Below are positions 17,314 to 26,676 of a DNA stretch of 64,000 bases, piece after piece. Location of the stretch: IMG/VR virus record IMGVR_UViG_3300009068_004979. One strand, given 5' to 3'. The translations under genes and the position numbers were made by a program. The notes under the pieces were generated by a model. It had not been told where the DNA came from, did no database searches, and saw nothing but the letters and a program-made list of their open reading frames with translations. The stretch's first letter is position 1; every line of letters begins with the position of its first letter. The stretch is from a virus.

Positions 17314-17877
17314 GTGTTAAAAGAGCTAAATTTTAAGCAATACAATATACATATTGTCGACTTTAATAGTATTCTGCAAAAGAATATCGATAATGCTCTT
17401 ATCGACGATTTGCATAAATTTCATCTTCTAAATGGTAAGATGCGGAGTGCTACAAAACGCTTTTTTTATCATCACATTATTTTGCATGTTTGTGAGCATG
17501 TTCTTAATATAAAGTCAAGAGAACGGGTCATTCTTTACTTTCATGGAAATCAATTGCCGAATTTAAAACTATCGGAGTACTTTGCAGAAGAGCATATTCT
17601 TAAGCTTATAAATGAAATAATGCGTAAAATGATTAACATTCTCCCGCTACGTATATATCAGAGTACGCTTTCTTATGAACATTTTATGCACCTTTTGCGT
17701 AGAGATGAAGGTAGAAGTAAAGAGATAGTCAATGGATTGAGAGAGCTGGCATCTATATCATGTATTGAGAGGTATACCTTTGAAAAGGTTAAAAAGTTTA
17801 CTAAGCGCAATGAATTAACGTTTTTAAATGCAGATTACTTTAATAGAATTAAATCTAAACAGCTTTTAATCGTTTAG
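17314..17877 (+). CDS. Hypothetical protein
   Basis: 187-aa ORF; no motif recognised. Confidence 0.6.
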   Translation: MLKELNFKQYNIHIVDFNSILQKNIDNALIDDLHKFHLLNGKMRSATKRFFYHHIILHVCEHVLNIKSRERVILYFHGNQLPNLKLSEYFAEEHILKLINEIMRKMINILPLRIYQSTLSYEHFMHLLRRDEGRSKEIVNGLRELASISCIERYTFEKVKKFTKRNELTFLNADYFNRIKSKQLLIV

Positions 17878-17895
17878 AGGACTAAATATAAATGT

Positions 17896-18330
17896 ATGAA
17901 CTTCAATGATAAAGTTAATAGTATATATAAGGTATTTTTAGAACAAGAACCTCCAAAGGATGCAACAGAACCGCAGGTTCCAGATGCATCAGCTATACCT
18001 GAGCCAGCAGCTGCTGCACAACCAAAAACCCAGGTGCCACCTGAAGGTTACGTGGATATAGTGAGACTTCTTGCCAAAGCACTTGTGATGGATATTCCTG
18101 CAGGGACGATAGATGATTTATTTACATTGCCTGTTACTGCAGAAAATGCAGAAGAAGTCCGTGAAGGTCTAGAGAAAGCTATTAAACAAAATGAAATGTA
18201 TGCAGATAATCCAGAAAAATTAGATAATGTACATTTTAAAAAGTTTGTTTCTTCTATTAATGAGAATAACTTCATGCAGCGCTACAAGAATATTCTTGCT
18301 ATTATGAAGAAATATAGCAATTCAATTTAA
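17896..18330 (+). CDS. Hypothetical late protein, putative internal head protein
   Basis: TAAATA 7 nt upstream; N-terminus ending VFLEQE followed by a P/A linker. Confidence 0.6.
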   Translation: MNFNDKVNSIYKVFLEQEPPKDATEPQVPDASAIPEPAAAAQPKTQVPPEGYVDIVRLLAKALVMDIPAGTIDDLFTLPVTAENAEEVREGLEKAIKQNEMYADNPEKLDNVHFKKFVSSINENNFMQRYKNILAIMKKYSNSI

Positions 18331-18333
18331 ACC

Positions 18334-19779
18334 ATGAACGAGGGTAAGAAATATAGAAGCCTGGATGAAGTGTACTTGCAGGAATCTTTCGCAAAAAAAG
18401 TACCCGAACTTCCGAGAACACGTGTGGTTTTTATAAAAGAAAATGCAGACGTTGTAATACAAAAAAATCCACCAAATGGTCAGGTTAGAGAGTTTGATGT
18501 GAGTGATGAAGTTGCTAATCAAATTATTAGTAGCATAGCGAGTCAGCAGAAACGCTCTACAGAGGAGGGGGAGCTATCTGTAAGCGAAATAATAGATAAA
18601 GTATTAATTAATGATGGATGGAAAGCAGGTAATAAGGAATATACAGCATTATTAGATAGAGTTATTAAAATTTTTACTTCAAGTAATTTTATAGCTGAAA
18701 AATTTAATAATTTAATTAAAATTCAAAAAGATAAAAATAATAAATTTCGTACTGCACTATTGGCAGCTCCAGGGGAAGTTTTTGCATACAAATCTCTAAT
18801 ATCTGATGCATTTATGCAATTGTTTGAGGGTGAAGATGGCTACAAAGTCGCCGAGAGCTTGTGGCCAATAACTTTTAAAGCTAGAGTAAATGTTGGTCCA
18901 GGAGAGCTTGCAATTACACTTTTATCAGATTCTATCAAAGGTAAAACTGGTGATTTATTATTTAACGGATTTGGTGAAGTGGAGGTAAAAGGATCAGATG
19001 CACGCATGGGCGGAGGTGGCTATTGTCATAATAATACACCTACAGAACTTAACAATATAATATCAAGTGAACAAGGAAAATTATCAGAAAAAACATTACT
19101 AAGAATAAAAGCTGAAACCTATAAGAGAATTGAAAATTTTATAAAAGAAAGAGAGCAGCTTAAGGGTAGAGTTGTAGTTCCAAAAGAAAAACAAATAGAA
19201 TATTTATCTAGTATAAAAGATTCTCTTGATAATGCGGATAGCTTAACTCAATTATTACAAGCTGTTGATAAATCTGGTCTTCCTAAGAATATTGTAAAGT
19301 CTTTAAGAACATCAGTTGAAGAATATACAAAATATAAAAAAGGCGAAGTCAAGGGTCAGTTTGCACCTGCATTTACAACTTTTTTCTCTATGGCTAGTGA
19401 ATTAACCGATGAACAGCTCGTAAGAGGTATTGTAGCATCTAGAAGTTATGACAGTTCAAACATCTTTAACGATTTAACAGCTGCAATAAACTCTTTGTAT
19501 TTAAAATACAAAGAAGAATTAATAGCAAACGGTACATTTACAAGAAATTTAACACGGCTTGTTGGCGCTATGCATACAGCAATTTATCATCAAGTTCAAA
19601 AATTTAGGGGGATATTATTTTTAAACGATAGTACAAAAAATATGTTATATTATGAATTTTCTAATAATTTAGAAAAAGATATAGATTCTCTTTATACTCT
19701 TTATAAAAAAACAAATGCAGTAATAAATTTAAGTATTGATAGCAAATTTCAATCTGCCGGCATTTTACTTTCAATATGA
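18334..19779 (+). CDS. Putative PD-(D/E)xK nuclease-domain protein
   Basis: VGPGELAITLL...TGDLLF...EVEVKG arrangement (E...D...ExK); leader ending YLQE. Confidence 0.55.
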   Translation: MNEGKKYRSLDEVYLQESFAKKVPELPRTRVVFIKENADVVIQKNPPNGQVREFDVSDEVANQIISSIASQQKRSTEEGELSVSEIIDKVLINDGWKAGNKEYTALLDRVIKIFTSSNFIAEKFNNLIKIQKDKNNKFRTALLAAPGEVFAYKSLISDAFMQLFEGEDGYKVAESLWPITFKARVNVGPGELAITLLSDSIKGKTGDLLFNGFGEVEVKGSDARMGGGGYCHNNTPTELNNIISSEQGKLSEKTLLRIKAETYKRIENFIKEREQLKGRVVVPKEKQIEYLSSIKDSLDNADSLTQLLQAVDKSGLPKNIVKSLRTSVEEYTKYKKGEVKGQFAPAFTTFFSMASELTDEQLVRGIVASRSYDSSNIFNDLTAAINSLYLKYKEELIANGTFTRNLTRLVGAMHTAIYHQVQKFRGILFLNDSTKNMLYYEFSNNLEKDIDSLYTLYKKTNAVINLSIDSKFQSAGILLSI

Positions 19780-20990
19780 ACTCCTTTAAATATTTTTATT
19801 TCTTAACTGAAGGCGGTGCTGCCGGGCATATGCTTCATCCTTTTGATTTACCACAGGTTACAAATGGTAATGCTTTGATCAAAGTTTATAAGCAGACAGA
19901 GGCAAGCGTAAGGGAAAAACCAGCAGCAGTAAAAATTGATGGCTTGAATGCATCAATTAAGCTAATCACTAATGCTGATGGCAGTAAGGAATTTGCTCTT
20001 GATCGTGGCTCAAACAAGCAAGAAGATATACAGGGTGTGACGCTAGCCACGTTATCAAACCGGTTTCCACAAGGTCATGGAATGCTCGCAGTAGGTACTG
20101 ATGTTCTGTCAATTTTTAATAAAGCTCTTCCGACAATAACAAATGAACTAAAACGGTTAAAAATGCTTGATAATAGTAGCATACTTTTTAATATGGAATA
20201 TGTTAAGGGTAATACAAACGTTATAGGTTATAAGGATAATTTCTTAGCTATTCACGGTCTAAATGAGATTTATCAGGTGACTAGTCCAATTAAGAAATCA
20301 GTAAGCAGGGCATCAAGAGAAATTTCTTATGATAAGAAGGCGTTATCAGATTTAATAGAAAAGGTAAATAAAATAGCAAGGAGTTTTGACTTTAATGTTG
20401 TGGGTGAAATAGCGGCTACATTAACTCATAATATAAGCTTTGATTCAGAGTTAAATTCAGAATTTGCAGTAAAATATAATGCTGAACATGTTGAAGTGAA
20501 GACATTGCGTACCTGGTTACAAAAAGCAAAAAATCCGAAAGGTGTAACAATCGCTCTTTCTAGTGGAAAGCGTGTAGATGCGCTTTCAAAGCAAATTTAT
20601 TTAGCTGTGCTAGAGGGTCAAGAGCTCGACTCTTTGATAAAAGATAGAGATCAAACAGGTATAAAGAATGCCATTGATGGCGCGGTAATCTACCATGCAA
20701 CACGTTTAATGGGTCAGAAGCTTCTCTCCTCCATGAAATCGCCTCTTGGTGATATAGAGACGCAAGAAGGTATTGTTATACGTGATCCTAAGATTTCTTC
20801 TGTTCCTTTTAAAATCACCGGTGAGTTTATAGTGCGCGGATTACAGAGCAAATTTAAAAAGAATGAACAAGAGGAAGGACCATTAACGAGAAGTACGCTG
20901 AATAACGTTAATTATATTAATACACCGCCTTATGAATATGAGGGCAGCAATTTGCGCTCAACACCGGGATTCAATATAAACCCAACATGA
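19776..20990 (+). CDS. Ligase-like covalent nucleotidyltransferase fold protein (DUF6267-like)
   Basis: EGGAAGHMLHPFD, KIDG (motif I), FNMEYV, EGIVIR (motif IV), FKITG (motif V). Confidence 0.6.
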   Translation: MNSFKYFYFLTEGGAAGHMLHPFDLPQVTNGNALIKVYKQTEASVREKPAAVKIDGLNASIKLITNADGSKEFALDRGSNKQEDIQGVTLATLSNRFPQGHGMLAVGTDVLSIFNKALPTITNELKRLKMLDNSSILFNMEYVKGNTNVIGYKDNFLAIHGLNEIYQVTSPIKKSVSRASREISYDKKALSDLIEKVNKIARSFDFNVVGEIAATLTHNISFDSELNSEFAVKYNAEHVEVKTLRTWLQKAKNPKGVTIALSSGKRVDALSKQIYLAVLEGQELDSLIKDRDQTGIKNAIDGAVIYHATRLMGQKLLSSMKSPLGDIETQEGIVIRDPKISSVPFKITGEFIVRGLQSKFKKNEQEEGPLTRSTLNNVNYINTPPYEYEGSNLRSTPGFNINPT

Positions 20991-21535
20991 AGTTTAAGTT
21001 TGACATTCTAGTAGAACAGCTTCTTGGTGAGAAGAAAGAACGCATAGCTCTCTTACCGGGTGGGTTTAAGCCACCACATAAGGGCCATTTTAAAGCATTA
21101 AGTTATATCTTGCAAGATGCAGATCGTGGCATTGTTTATATTGGAAATAAGGAAAGGGATGGTGTAACGGCTGAACAGGCAAAGCAAATTTGGGAAATAT
21201 ATAAAAAGTATTTACCAAAGCCTATTGATATAGAAATTACAAAAATTACACCAGTAAAATCGGTCTATGATTTTGTCGATAGTAATCTAGATAAACCTGT
21301 TATTGTTGGAGCTTCAGGTGATGAGGATTTAAAGCGTTTTGAATATTTTAAGAAACATGCAGAAAAATATCCGTTAGTTACTGTTGTCAATATACCACCT
21401 CAGTATAATAGAATTTCAGGTACTGAAGCAAGAAAGAAAATTATAGGAAAAGAATCAGACGCCGTAGAGTATTTTGTACCTGAAATATCTGATCAAGATT
21501 TACTTAAGATAAAGAATATACTTCTTATTTCTTAG
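20987..21535 (+). CDS. HxGH cytidylyltransferase/NMNAT-like nucleotidyltransferase
   Basis: PGGFKPPHKGH, ISGTEAR. Confidence 0.85.
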   Translation: MKFKFDILVEQLLGEKKERIALLPGGFKPPHKGHFKALSYILQDADRGIVYIGNKERDGVTAEQAKQIWEIYKKYLPKPIDIEITKITPVKSVYDFVDSNLDKPVIVGASGDEDLKRFEYFKKHAEKYPLVTVVNIPPQYNRISGTEARKKIIGKESDAVEYFVPEISDQDLLKIKNILLIS

Positions 21536-22295
21536 TTTCTAGTACCTTAATTGCTTCTAGAAGAACCTTTTCCACAATTTCACGAGATTCACTCTTGAGT
21601 GATTTTTTTAATGCATCTAATAGGGAGCCACCGCCTGAATTAATAGCTGAAAATAAATCGTTCTCCGTTTCTTCTTCTACATTTTCAAGGCTATGATTAA
21701 GCACTTCTCTGTGTTTTTCATAGTCCTTATAGCCAAAGATAGAATTCAAATCGCCTTGCGCTCTTGCAATTTTATCAAGAACCCATGGTTCAACATTTTC
21801 TTCATCACCGAGCAAATCGTGCAACATTGCTGCAATTTTAACAATACGAAATAAGTTTTGCTTTGTCATGTAGCCGCCGTGTTCTTCACTGGAATGCTCG
21901 GATCCGTGCATCATATCGCATCCTTCACAATCTTCATTACTCTTTAGCGGAAGCTTGCCAGAGCCACCCATGGATTTATCAATGGCTCCGCCTCTTGCTT
22001 TTTCATACCCGGAAAGTTTACCATCTTTGTTTAAATCAGATTTCTTTACGTCTATTTCATCTTGATTTGCATGCTGATTAGCTTTGCATTCTGCACATCC
22101 ATTGCATTTGCAACCTTCTGCAGCATACTTACATGTACATTCTTCATTTTCACAATTGCACTTCTTTGTGACTGCAACAAATTTATCAGGTGTATACCCT
22201 GCAGCAGGGCTATTTTCACCCTGAGGACCTAGATTCATTTCATTGATTCTAGCGTTATAAAGCTCATTCAATAGATAGAAATCCTTATTAAACAT
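21525..22295 (-). CDS. Putative internal head protein with Cys-rich segment and EF-hand-like loop
   Basis: CNCENEECTCKYAAEGCKCNGCAECK; DLNKDGKLSGYE; EPWVLDKI; upstream TAAATA. Confidence 0.6.
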   Translation of the reverse strand: MFNKDFYLLNELYNARINEMNLGPQGENSPAAGYTPDKFVAVTKKCNCENEECTCKYAAEGCKCNGCAECKANQHANQDEIDVKKSDLNKDGKLSGYEKARGGAIDKSMGGSGKLPLKSNEDCEGCDMMHGSEHSSEEHGGYMTKQNLFRIVKIAAMLHDLLGDEENVEPWVLDKIARAQGDLNSIFGYKDYEKHREVLNHSLENVEEETENDLFSAINSGGGSLLDALKKSLKSESREIVEKVLLEAIKVLETKK

Positions 22296-22338
22296 ATGTT
22301 ATATTAATATTTAGTCTTATGGCACATAAATATTTTAT

Positions 22339-22626
22339 ATGTTGTTTGAAAATGCATTTTATTTGGCACTTGATAATGAACTAGTTGAAGAGAGAAGCAC
22401 AGGAAAATGCACAAAAGTTACCGGACAAATGTCATCATCTCGATCTGATAAAAAATACATGCGTTGTGCGCGTGTTGGTGGTAAGCTCAAGCGTGTACAT
22501 TATGGGGATCCAAATCTAAGAATAAAGAAATCCAACCCAAAGCGTAGAAAAAGCTTCAGAGCTCGACACAAGTGTTCTTCTGCAAAACCCGGTACTGCAA
22601 AATATTTTAGTTGTAAAAACTGGTAA
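22339..22626 (+). CDS. Small basic conserved phage protein
   Basis: VHYGDPNLRIKKSNPKRRKSFRARHKC...YFSCKNW; TAAATA 6 nt upstream; acidic leader ending LVEE. Confidence 0.7.
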   Translation: MLFENAFYLALDNELVEERSTGKCTKVTGQMSSSRSDKKYMRCARVGGKLKRVHYGDPNLRIKKSNPKRRKSFRARHKCSSAKPGTAKYFSCKNW

Positions 22627-22640
22627 CCTTAAATAATAAT

Positions 22641-23054
22641 ATGACATCTTTTAAGCAATTCTATAAAAGACCTGTACTCGGTGTTGGTGAAGTAATAGAT
22701 ATTGCTGGTATAGGGTCTGTAAAAGCCAAGGTTGATAGCGGTAATGAGGCTTTTAATGTTTTGCATGGTACCAATATAAAGGATGAAAATAACGAAGTAA
22801 GCTTTACAACAATTAATAATAAGAACATTAAAAAGCCTAAGCACGATACTATTACAATTCATATAGGCAGCGGTGTGAAGGAAGACAGGCCTGTGGTTTT
22901 ATTTGATATAAAGATAGATGGTAAAGAGTATAAAAATATACCTTTTAGTATAGCTGATAGAACGGAGAACGATGAGCCTGTTCTAGTAGGTGAGCCGTTT
23001 GTGAGACAGCTAAATGCTCTTATTGATGTGAAGAGAGATAATACAGAAGATTAA
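22641..23054 (+). CDS. Retropepsin-like aspartic protease (RimK-associated type)
   Basis: KAKVDSGN catalytic motif, EDRPVV, ADR...VLVG; leader MTSFKQF; TAAATA 5 nt upstream. Confidence 0.8.
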   Translation: MTSFKQFYKRPVLGVGEVIDIAGIGSVKAKVDSGNEAFNVLHGTNIKDENNEVSFTTINNKNIKKPKHDTITIHIGSGVKEDRPVVLFDIKIDGKEYKNIPFSIADRTENDEPVLVGEPFVRQLNALIDVKRDNTED

Positions 23055-23704
23055 TTATTCTTCATGTTGGCAACAAAAGTATAAAATTCTGCTCGAACAG
23101 CAGCATCATTCATAAAGTCACCACTTAGCTTGCTTGTCTTCATCTCACAACCATCATGCTTAATACCGCGGAGACATGCACATGTATGAGTTGCACTCAC
23201 CATAACAGCTACACCGCGATTCTTCTCGCATACTTCATTAATTGCATCATGAATTTGAATAGTAAGACCTTCTTGTATCTGAGGTCTGCGCGCATAAAAC
23301 TCCACAATACGATTCAGCTTACTCAAGCCAATTACTCTGCCTTCAAGAGAAGGAATATAGGCTACATGTGCTTTACCGGTAAAAGCGAGATGATGATGAC
23401 TGCACAAGCTCTTGACTGGAATACCACCTTGAAACACCATGCCATCATAACCATTGCTCGGAAATGATGTTACTTTTGGTGGTTCATTATAACATCCTGC
23501 AGCAAGATCCTGCACAAAAGCTTTAGCAACACGACGAGGTGTATTGGTACTATTCGGATCATTACGCCAATCAAAGCCTAGAGCATCAAGATATGCTTCA
23601 TAAGCTTTTGCAGCTTTCTCAATAATCTCAACTTTCTCTCCCTCTGTATGAGGATGGTTTCCGTTGGCAAACTTCAATCTTACAACTTTACTATATTCTG
23701 ACAT
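23051..23704 (-). CDS. folE: GTP cyclohydrolase I
   Basis: TPRRVAK, SLCSHHHLAF, GLSKLNR, RRPQIQE, HTCACLRG. Confidence 0.96.
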   Translation of the reverse strand: MSEYSKVVRLKFANGNHPHTEGEKVEIIEKAAKAYEAYLDALGFDWRNDPNSTNTPRRVAKAFVQDLAAGCYNEPPKVTSFPSNGYDGMVFQGGIPVKSLCSHHHLAFTGKAHVAYIPSLEGRVIGLSKLNRIVEFYARRPQIQEGLTIQIHDAINEVCEKNRGVAVMVSATHTCACLRGIKHDGCEMKTSKLSGDFMNDAAVRAEFYTFVANMKNN

Positions 23705-23712
23705 ATTGTGTT

Positions 23713-23740
23713 ATTATAATATATGTTTTACGTAGTTCAA
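23713..23740 (-). promoter_or_regulatory. Sigma70-like promoter for folE, back to back with late TAAATA (23743-23748, +)
   Basis: TTGAAC-N16-TATAAT, 8 nt from ATG. Confidence 0.7.
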
Positions 23741-23753
23741 CATAAATAATAGT

Positions 23754-24746
23754 ATGAAGTATCTTTCTCTATTACAAGAAAGCCTCAGAAGTCTCACACT
23801 AAAGCGCGTGAGAATAAAAATCGATCCTGCACAAGTTACAAAAGAATGTGATTTTACGAAATGCACAGGTTATGAAGGTTATGTGCTTGAAGAATGTGGA
23901 GGCTCAATGAAAATATTGGTTCTATCCCCGGAGATGCCTGTGCATCAAATACCTGATGAATTTTTAGAAATTATATCAGATGTTCATGAGCATGATACTT
24001 TTGATGAATTTAAGGCTCTAGTTATAAAGCATCTGGTAGCAAGAGGTAAGACAGAGACAGATCCTGTATCACAGGATGTTTTAAGATCTGAAACTGTAGG
24101 CGAAATAGAGAGTGCACTCAGACAAGCAGGTGCTACTGAAGAAGATTTGACAAAATTATATCGTCATTTTATTGAACATGAAGATGAAATACATGAAGCA
24201 AAAGATGAAGATTTGACTCTCAAGGATTATAAAGCTGCTGTAAAGCAGAAATACCAGGATTTAAAATCTAAAGCAAAAGACCCAGCAACATATCTCAAAG
24301 TACCCGGGAAAGCAGTGGGCTTAGCAGGCAAAGCTATTAGTGGTCTAGGATCTTTAGCGGGCGCTATTGGAGGCAAAGCTTCACAACCAGAGACTACACC
24401 ACAAGCATTAGCATCAACTGTACAGACAATTGGTGGTGCTGTACAGAAGGTAGGTGCAAAGCTTCAGGAACCAGTAACAAAATTTCAACAGGCCGCAGCT
24501 AGACAAAAGTATGCTCCAGCAGAATTTGATTTGGGTGAAATTCTGAATCCAAATGGCTTCTTTACCAAGAAAGATGCAGCAGGGAAGGTAATACCTACAT
24601 ATACACAAGCAGATATTAAATCAGGCAAAGTCATAAGCTATACAAATAGATATGGCAAAAAGATCAGTTATAAGATTATCGGCACAGAAAAAGACAAAGC
24701 TGGTAATGTTGTTGTTAAGGCCGAACCACAAACAAAAGGTTACTAA
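23754..24746 (+). CDS. Hypothetical late protein, putative internal head protein
   Basis: TAAATA 5 nt upstream; MKYLSLLQE leader, internal IHE, A/G/K-rich C-terminal half. Confidence 0.6.
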   Translation: MKYLSLLQESLRSLTLKRVRIKIDPAQVTKECDFTKCTGYEGYVLEECGGSMKILVLSPEMPVHQIPDEFLEIISDVHEHDTFDEFKALVIKHLVARGKTETDPVSQDVLRSETVGEIESALRQAGATEEDLTKLYRHFIEHEDEIHEAKDEDLTLKDYKAAVKQKYQDLKSKAKDPATYLKVPGKAVGLAGKAISGLGSLAGAIGGKASQPETTPQALASTVQTIGGAVQKVGAKLQEPVTKFQQAAARQKYAPAEFDLGEILNPNGFFTKKDAAGKVIPTYTQADIKSGKVISYTNRYGKKISYKIIGTEKDKAGNVVVKAEPQTKGY

Positions 24747-24760
24747 ATACAACAAAACAG

Positions 24761-24789
24761 TTGATTTCTGTTGCATATTTGGTTATAAT
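24761..24789 (+). promoter_or_regulatory. Distal sigma70-like promoter upstream of queD
   Basis: TTGATT-N17-TATAAT about 100 nt upstream of the queD ATG. Confidence 0.5.
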
Positions 24790-24851
24790 AATACAGTAAT
24801 AGAAAGCCTAGTACCATTCTGGATTTGTCTTGATATTACTCGATATACTAG

Positions 24852-24879
24852 TTGATTAATAGATAAAGGAGTTTAAACT
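24852..24879 (+). promoter_or_regulatory. Proximal sigma70-like promoter for queD
   Basis: TTGATT-N16-TAAACT, 8 nt from ATG. Confidence 0.6.
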
Positions 24880-24887
24880 GATATTAT

Positions 24888-25670
24888 ATGAATTACGAAA
24901 GTACAAAGATAATTGAATTAGGTTCTTGCGCATTTAGACAATGGAGAGCTGATAGTCATTGCAAATTTATACATGGTTACAGACTAGTAGCTAAGTTCTG
25001 GTTTAAATGTAATCATTTAGATGATAGAAACTGGGTTGTTGATTTTGGTGGTCTAAAAGAACTCAAACAAGTACTCGAAAAACAATTTGACCATACATTA
25101 TGCGTTTCAGCTGACGATCCTCAGATAGAGCTTTTGAAGCAATTACATACTGTCGGAGCATGTGATTTGCGCATTATGCCGAAGGGAGTTGGTATTGAGA
25201 GAACAGCGGAATGGTGCTTTGATGTTGCTGATGGACATATTAGAGGTCTTACAAGCAATAGATGCTGGGTTGATAGAGTTGAGGTATGGGAACATGAAAA
25301 GAATTCTGCAATTGTGAGCTATGAGCATACATGTATTGCAAATCATAATTCTTACGCTGCAGATAGACATATTGCAGAGCAATATGAATTACCATTTAAT
25401 GGAAATGAAACAATATCAACAACCATACAGCCAAATTTACACATGTCAACAACAGTAGCTGCTGGTATTAATATCGATAATGCTAATATAACACCAGTTG
25501 ATGCCCCGACAGATCCAAATACTACTCGTCCAGCTCCTGTGGGTAATCAGAAATCTGTAATTACACAGAGCAATACTAAGCCCGATCACGCTGCTCCAGC
25601 TCGAGTAGGCAAAGCTCCTGTTACACAGGGCTGGTCTAATCCATTTGCTGGAACAAGCTGGGGCGCATAA
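24888..25670 (+). CDS. queD: 6-carboxytetrahydropterin synthase QueD with long C-terminal extension
   Basis: HCKFIHGY, WVVDFGGLK, FDH, VEVWEHEKNSA; about 110-aa P/T/N-rich tail. Confidence 0.88.
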   Translation: MNYESTKIIELGSCAFRQWRADSHCKFIHGYRLVAKFWFKCNHLDDRNWVVDFGGLKELKQVLEKQFDHTLCVSADDPQIELLKQLHTVGACDLRIMPKGVGIERTAEWCFDVADGHIRGLTSNRCWVDRVEVWEHEKNSAIVSYEHTCIANHNSYAADRHIAEQYELPFNGNETISTTIQPNLHMSTTVAAGINIDNANITPVDAPTDPNTTRPAPVGNQKSVITQSNTKPDHAAPARVGKAPVTQGWSNPFAGTSWGA

Positions 25671-25859
25671 TTGAATCCAGAAGAGTTAGCTCAAAAATAC
25701 GGTGGTGATATCTCAGATTATTACACCGCAAAACAAAAACAAGAGCTGCCAGGTCATGATAATAAAAATTTGCAGGATATATATCAACAACAAATAAAGC
25801 CTAAAAACAATAAAACAATTTTTCTGAGCAAAGATATTATAAGATTTAAACCAGAATAA
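25671..25859 (+). CDS. Hypothetical protein
   Basis: 62-aa TTG-start ORF exactly filling the gap between queD and phoH. Confidence 0.35.
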   Translation: MNPEELAQKYGGDISDYYTAKQKQELPGHDNKNLQDIYQQQIKPKNNKTIFLSKDIIRFKPE

Positions 25860-26624
25860 TTATTTTTTATTTGTTGATATAGTTCTTATACCTGATATTA
25901 CCCTTACAATAAACTTTAATAATTTGCTTCTTGTTATATCATCTTCTGTGAAGTGAAACGGGTGTATGCCATTTTCTCGGCTTTGATCTGTATCAAAAGC
26001 ATCCATCATCCTAGCAAAGCCTGATTTATCAAATATGTCTGCTTGCTGTGTATCACCAATAACAAAGAGCTTACAGTTTCTTCCAAATCTTGTTAAAATA
26101 GTAACCAGTTCACTATGCTCTAAATTTTGAGCTTCATCAACTATTACTACACTATTAGCGAATGTGCTTCCTCTTAAGAAATTAACAGGTATGCATTTCA
26201 TATAATCACTCTCAAATAACATATTCGTAATCTGCTTGCCAACCAATTCATCACACTTCTCAACTAAAGGTATGCTCCATGGTTTGAATTTTTCGTCAAC
26301 TTCTCCTGGAAGGCTGCCTAGTTTTCTTGTTGCTGATTCAACAATACTACGAATATAGATGATTTCATCTATCTTCTTCTCTTTTAGCATGGAAAGTGCT
26401 ACATATACGGCACAATATGTTTTTGATGATCCTGCAGGGCCGTCTACAAATAATATGTGTGAAGAATCTTCTAGCGCTTTATCTACAAACGTCTTATGAC
26501 GCTCATTGAAGTGAAATTTCTGGTCAATTTTAAAATTAAGAAAAATATCATTCCTCAGAATGCCGCTTTCATCCCGTGCCTGCTGTTTGACCGATTTTTT
26601 AAGCTGCCTGTCTTTTTTAGACAT
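25860..26624 (-). CDS. phoH: PhoH-like ATPase
   Basis: GPAGSSKT, LGSLPG, FLRGSTF, VDEAQN, TRFG, GDTQQ. Confidence 0.93.
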   Translation of the reverse strand: MSKKDRQLKKSVKQQARDESGILRNDIFLNFKIDQKFHFNERHKTFVDKALEDSSHILFVDGPAGSSKTYCAVYVALSMLKEKKIDEIIYIRSIVESATRKLGSLPGEVDEKFKPWSIPLVEKCDELVGKQITNMLFESDYMKCIPVNFLRGSTFANSVVIVDEAQNLEHSELVTILTRFGRNCKLFVIGDTQQADIFDKSGFARMMDAFDTDQSRENGIHPFHFTEDDITRSKLLKFIVRVISGIRTISTNKK

Positions 26625-26642
26625 CTACTATTACTTATTCTC

Positions 26643-26670
26643 TTGACTAGCTACAAATATACTTTATAAT
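26643..26670 (+). promoter_or_regulatory. Sigma70-like promoter for queE
   Basis: TTGACT-N16-TATAAT, 6 nt from ATG. Confidence 0.75.
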
Positions 26671-26676
26671 ACACTT

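Noticed and set aside
24790-24887. preQ1 riboswitch upstream of queD
   Set aside because: Lacks the preQ1-I loop consensus and A-rich 3' tail; kept only as an unexplained leader
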